A stretch of DNA of 26,491 nucleotides from Candidatus Bathyarchaeota archaeon B23 (GTDB taxonomy: Archaea > Thermoproteota > Bathyarchaeia > TCS64 > B23), in the NCBI GenBank assembly GCA_001593875.1, contig LUCA01000001.1, forward strand, positions 1-26,491. Reading direction: 5' to 3'. Below the pieces are notes generated by a model, which saw only the letters and a program-made list of their open reading frames with translations, was not told the DNA's origin and did no database searches. This document shows positions 24,537 to 26,491 of the stretch, in pieces. Position 1 is the stretch's first letter. Every line of letters starts with the position of its first letter. Made by a program: the position numbers and the translations under genes.

Positions 24537-25978
24537 CTGGTCGACTGCGCCTGCTCACCCGAGATGAGATCGAGGAGATACACTCCGCCACCCTGTGGAT
24601 ACTCCGGGATCCCGGTATAGCTGTCGAGAACCAGGAGGCCCTGAGGCTGCTGAGGGAGGCTGGCTGCGAGATAGAAGGCGGAGTCGTCAGGATCGATGAG
24701 GAGCTGGTCGAGGAATGCCTCGAGAAGGCTCCGAGGGTCATCGACATCTACACCAGGGACGGCGAGAGGCATATGCCCGTCGGCGGAGACCACATCTACT
24801 TCAGCCCCGCCTCCACGGCCCTATACTTCATAGACCATGAGACGGGGGAGATGCGGAAGGCTAAGGCTCGAGACCTCGTCGACCTCGTCCGGGTGGCCGA
24901 TGCCCTAGACTCAATTGAGATGTTGAGCACCGCCGCCGTCCCCTCCGATGTGCCCCAGGAGATCGCAGACCTCTACAGGCTGTATATCGTCCTGAGGAAC
25001 TCGGTGAAGCCCGTCATCACCGGCGCCTTCTCTAAGGAGGGTCTTCTGGATATGATCAGGATGCTGGAGGCCGTCGTCGGGGGCCCGGAGGAGCTGATGC
25101 GTAGACCCATAGCCCTCTTCGACTGCTGCCCCAGGTCTCCGCTAACGTGGGGAGACCTATCGACTCAGAATCTCCTCGACTGCGCCGAGAGGATGGTGCC
25201 CGTCGAGATCGATCCGGCGCCGAACATCGGAGCCACCAGCCCCGTAACCCTCGCTGGAGCCCTGGTTCAGATGAACGCCGAGCTCCTCAGCGGCTATGTC
25301 ATATCGCAGTTGAAGCGGGCTGGAGCCCCCGTCGTCTACGGCTTCGTCCCCTTCGTCTTCGACATGCGCTACGGAATCAACCGGATAGGGGCGGTGGAGG
25401 CGATGATGGTGGCCTGCGCAGGCGCCGAGCTCGGAAAACACTATGGTCTCCCGACGCATACGGTGGCCGTCAGCGACTCGAAGGCTGTGGACGCCCAGAG
25501 CCTCCTGGAGACGACGATGGGCCTAACCCTCATGGCCCTGGTGAGGGTGAACAACATCTCGGGGCCTGGGATGCTGATGTTCGACAACTGTCAGTCGCTG
25601 GAGAAGCTGGTCATCGACGCCGAGGCCTGTAGGATGCTTCTCCGACTGCTGAGGGGGGTGAGGGTCGACGAGGAGGCCCTGGCCGTCGACGTCATCAGGA
25701 AGGTGGGCCCCGGAGGCCACTTCCTCGGTGAGAAGCACACCCGCCTACATCACCTGGAGGAGGTTTGGATGCCCTCGGAGGTCCTCTGTCGCCTAAGCCT
25801 CGACGCCTGGAGGAAGGAGGGGGCGAAGACCGTGCTGGAGAGAGCGAGGGAGCGGGTGGATGAGATACTCGGAGTCCACCAGCCCAAGCCCCTGCCGAAG
25901 GAGGCTGAGGAGGCCCTGGAGGAGAGGATGAAGGCCATCCTGAAGCGACGTGGCATCCCCCACCCAGGGGTTGGATAG
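24533..25978 (+). CDS. MttB-superfamily methyltransferase, non-pyrrolysine
   Basis: EIEEIHSATLWILRDPGI start, SPVTLAGALVQMNAELLSG, YGLP..SDSKAVDAQ, GPGGHFL; no in-frame amber codon; ATGA overlap with the corrinoid gene. Confidence 0.92.
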   Translation: MTGRLRLLTRDEIEEIHSATLWILRDPGIAVENQEALRLLREAGCEIEGGVVRIDEELVEECLEKAPRVIDIYTRDGERHMPVGGDHIYFSPASTALYFIDHETGEMRKAKARDLVDLVRVADALDSIEMLSTAAVPSDVPQEIADLYRLYIVLRNSVKPVITGAFSKEGLLDMIRMLEAVVGGPEELMRRPIALFDCCPRSPLTWGDLSTQNLLDCAERMVPVEIDPAPNIGATSPVTLAGALVQMNAELLSGYVISQLKRAGAPVVYGFVPFVFDMRYGINRIGAVEAMMVACAGAELGKHYGLPTHTVAVSDSKAVDAQSLLETTMGLTLMALVRVNNISGPGMLMFDNCQSLEKLVIDAEACRMLLRLLRGVRVDEEALAVDVIRKVGPGGHFLGEKHTRLHHLEEVWMPSEVLCRLSLDAWRKEGAKTVLERARERVDEILGVHQPKPLPKEAEEALEERMKAILKRRGIPHPGVG

Positions 25979-25982
25979 GTCG

Positions 25983-26491
25983 ATGAGCTGGAGCCTAAAC
26001 CCCCTCTCAAGCAGCGAAATCAAAGCTATCCATGAGGCCTCCCTGGTTCTCCTGGAGGAGGTCGGCATCAAGATACCCTCGGAGAGGGCCTTAAGCCTCC
26101 TGGAGGAGGCTGGGGCATCCATAGACCACGAGGAGCAGGTGGTCAGGATACCGGAGCATCTCCCCAAGGAGTGCCTGAAGGAGATGCCGGGGGAGTTTGA
26201 GCTCTATCATCGAGACGGCTCTAAGCGATTGAAAATCGGCGGCGACGCCATCCACTTCGGCTCCGTCGGTCGAATGGTGAGGATGAGGGACCTGGAGACG
26301 GGGGAGGTGAGGAAGCTCACCCTGAGGGATGTGGAGGAGCTGGCGAGGCTGGCCGACGCCCTAGAGCACGTCGAATTCTTCACCGTCGGCGAGCCCCTCG
26401 ATGTCCCCCTGGAGCTCCGAGGCCTCCAGCTTCTATATGCGACGCTGAGAAACTCGACGAAGCCCCCCATAGTGGAGCTCTTCAAAGCCGA
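25983..26491 (+). CDS. Second MttB-superfamily methyltransferase, 5' part (runs off the window)
   Basis: My translation from ATG 25983: MSWSLNPLSSSEIKAIHEASLVLLEEVGIKI..VVRIPE..RDLETGEVRK..DVEELARLADAL..LRNSTKP, paralogous to the preceding gene. Absent from the ORF track because it has no stop in the window. Confidence 0.88.
   Translation, partial: MSWSLNPLSSSEIKAIHEASLVLLEEVGIKIPSERALSLLEEAGASIDHEEQVVRIPEHLPKECLKEMPGEFELYHRDGSKRLKIGGDAIHFGSVGRMVRMRDLETGEVRKLTLRDVEELARLADALEHVEFFTVGEPLDVPLELRGLQLLYATLRNSTKPPIVELFKA

Noticed and set aside
25976-25985. Amber (TAG) stop of mttB1 read through as pyrrolysine to fuse with mttB2
   Set aside because: mttB2 starts in a different frame, the readthrough frame stops shortly after, and the TAG is at the normal C-terminus.
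148-26485. Numerous overlapping or antisense ORFs in the track (e.g. 148..576, 2317..2688, 3303..3752, 10244..10867, 18036..18842, 20280..21014, 22642..23343, 26207..26485)
   Set aside because: Shadow ORFs expected in GC-rich DNA: low-complexity R/G/P/E or S/P translations overlapping well-supported genes or tRNAs.

Overview
GC-rich archaeal chromosomal segment. The gene content (ThiN, ThiR, BpsA, Thermococcales-type HypA plus ATPase-type HypB, non-pyrrolysine MttB, encoded-CCA tRNAs) suggests a thermophilic anaerobe, possibly Bathyarchaeia; this taxonomy is inference. In order the window holds: an SPFH/zinc-ribbon protein, four MFS transporters, a PadR regulator, a low-GC decaying islet (about 3664-6122) next to tRNA-Ser(CGA) that truncates a chrB-like gene, a YhaM-like HD protein, a minus-strand run of poorly characterised genes (GIDE-like gene with two frameshifts, NTF2-like, DUF1893, ECF S-component-like) with a NikR-like operator opposite hypA/hypB, rpiA, a thiamine cluster (thiC, thiDN, unknown P-loop NTPase, thiW, thiR, thiT) with a shared 15-bp palindromic operator, speD-bpsA, a divergent tryptophanase flanked by 42-bp direct repeats next to tRNA-Thr(UGU), and a corrinoid protein followed by tandem MttB-family methyltransferases. 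The most unusual non-coding signals are a 141-nt rod-plus-cloverleaf structured element (2547-2687) with an apparent promoter of its own, and the repeats around the tryptophanase gene, which share 13 nt with the tRNA-Ser anticodon arm. No CRISPR array, rRNA, integrase or transposase was seen. All protein assignments come from motif recognition by eye, not database searches.
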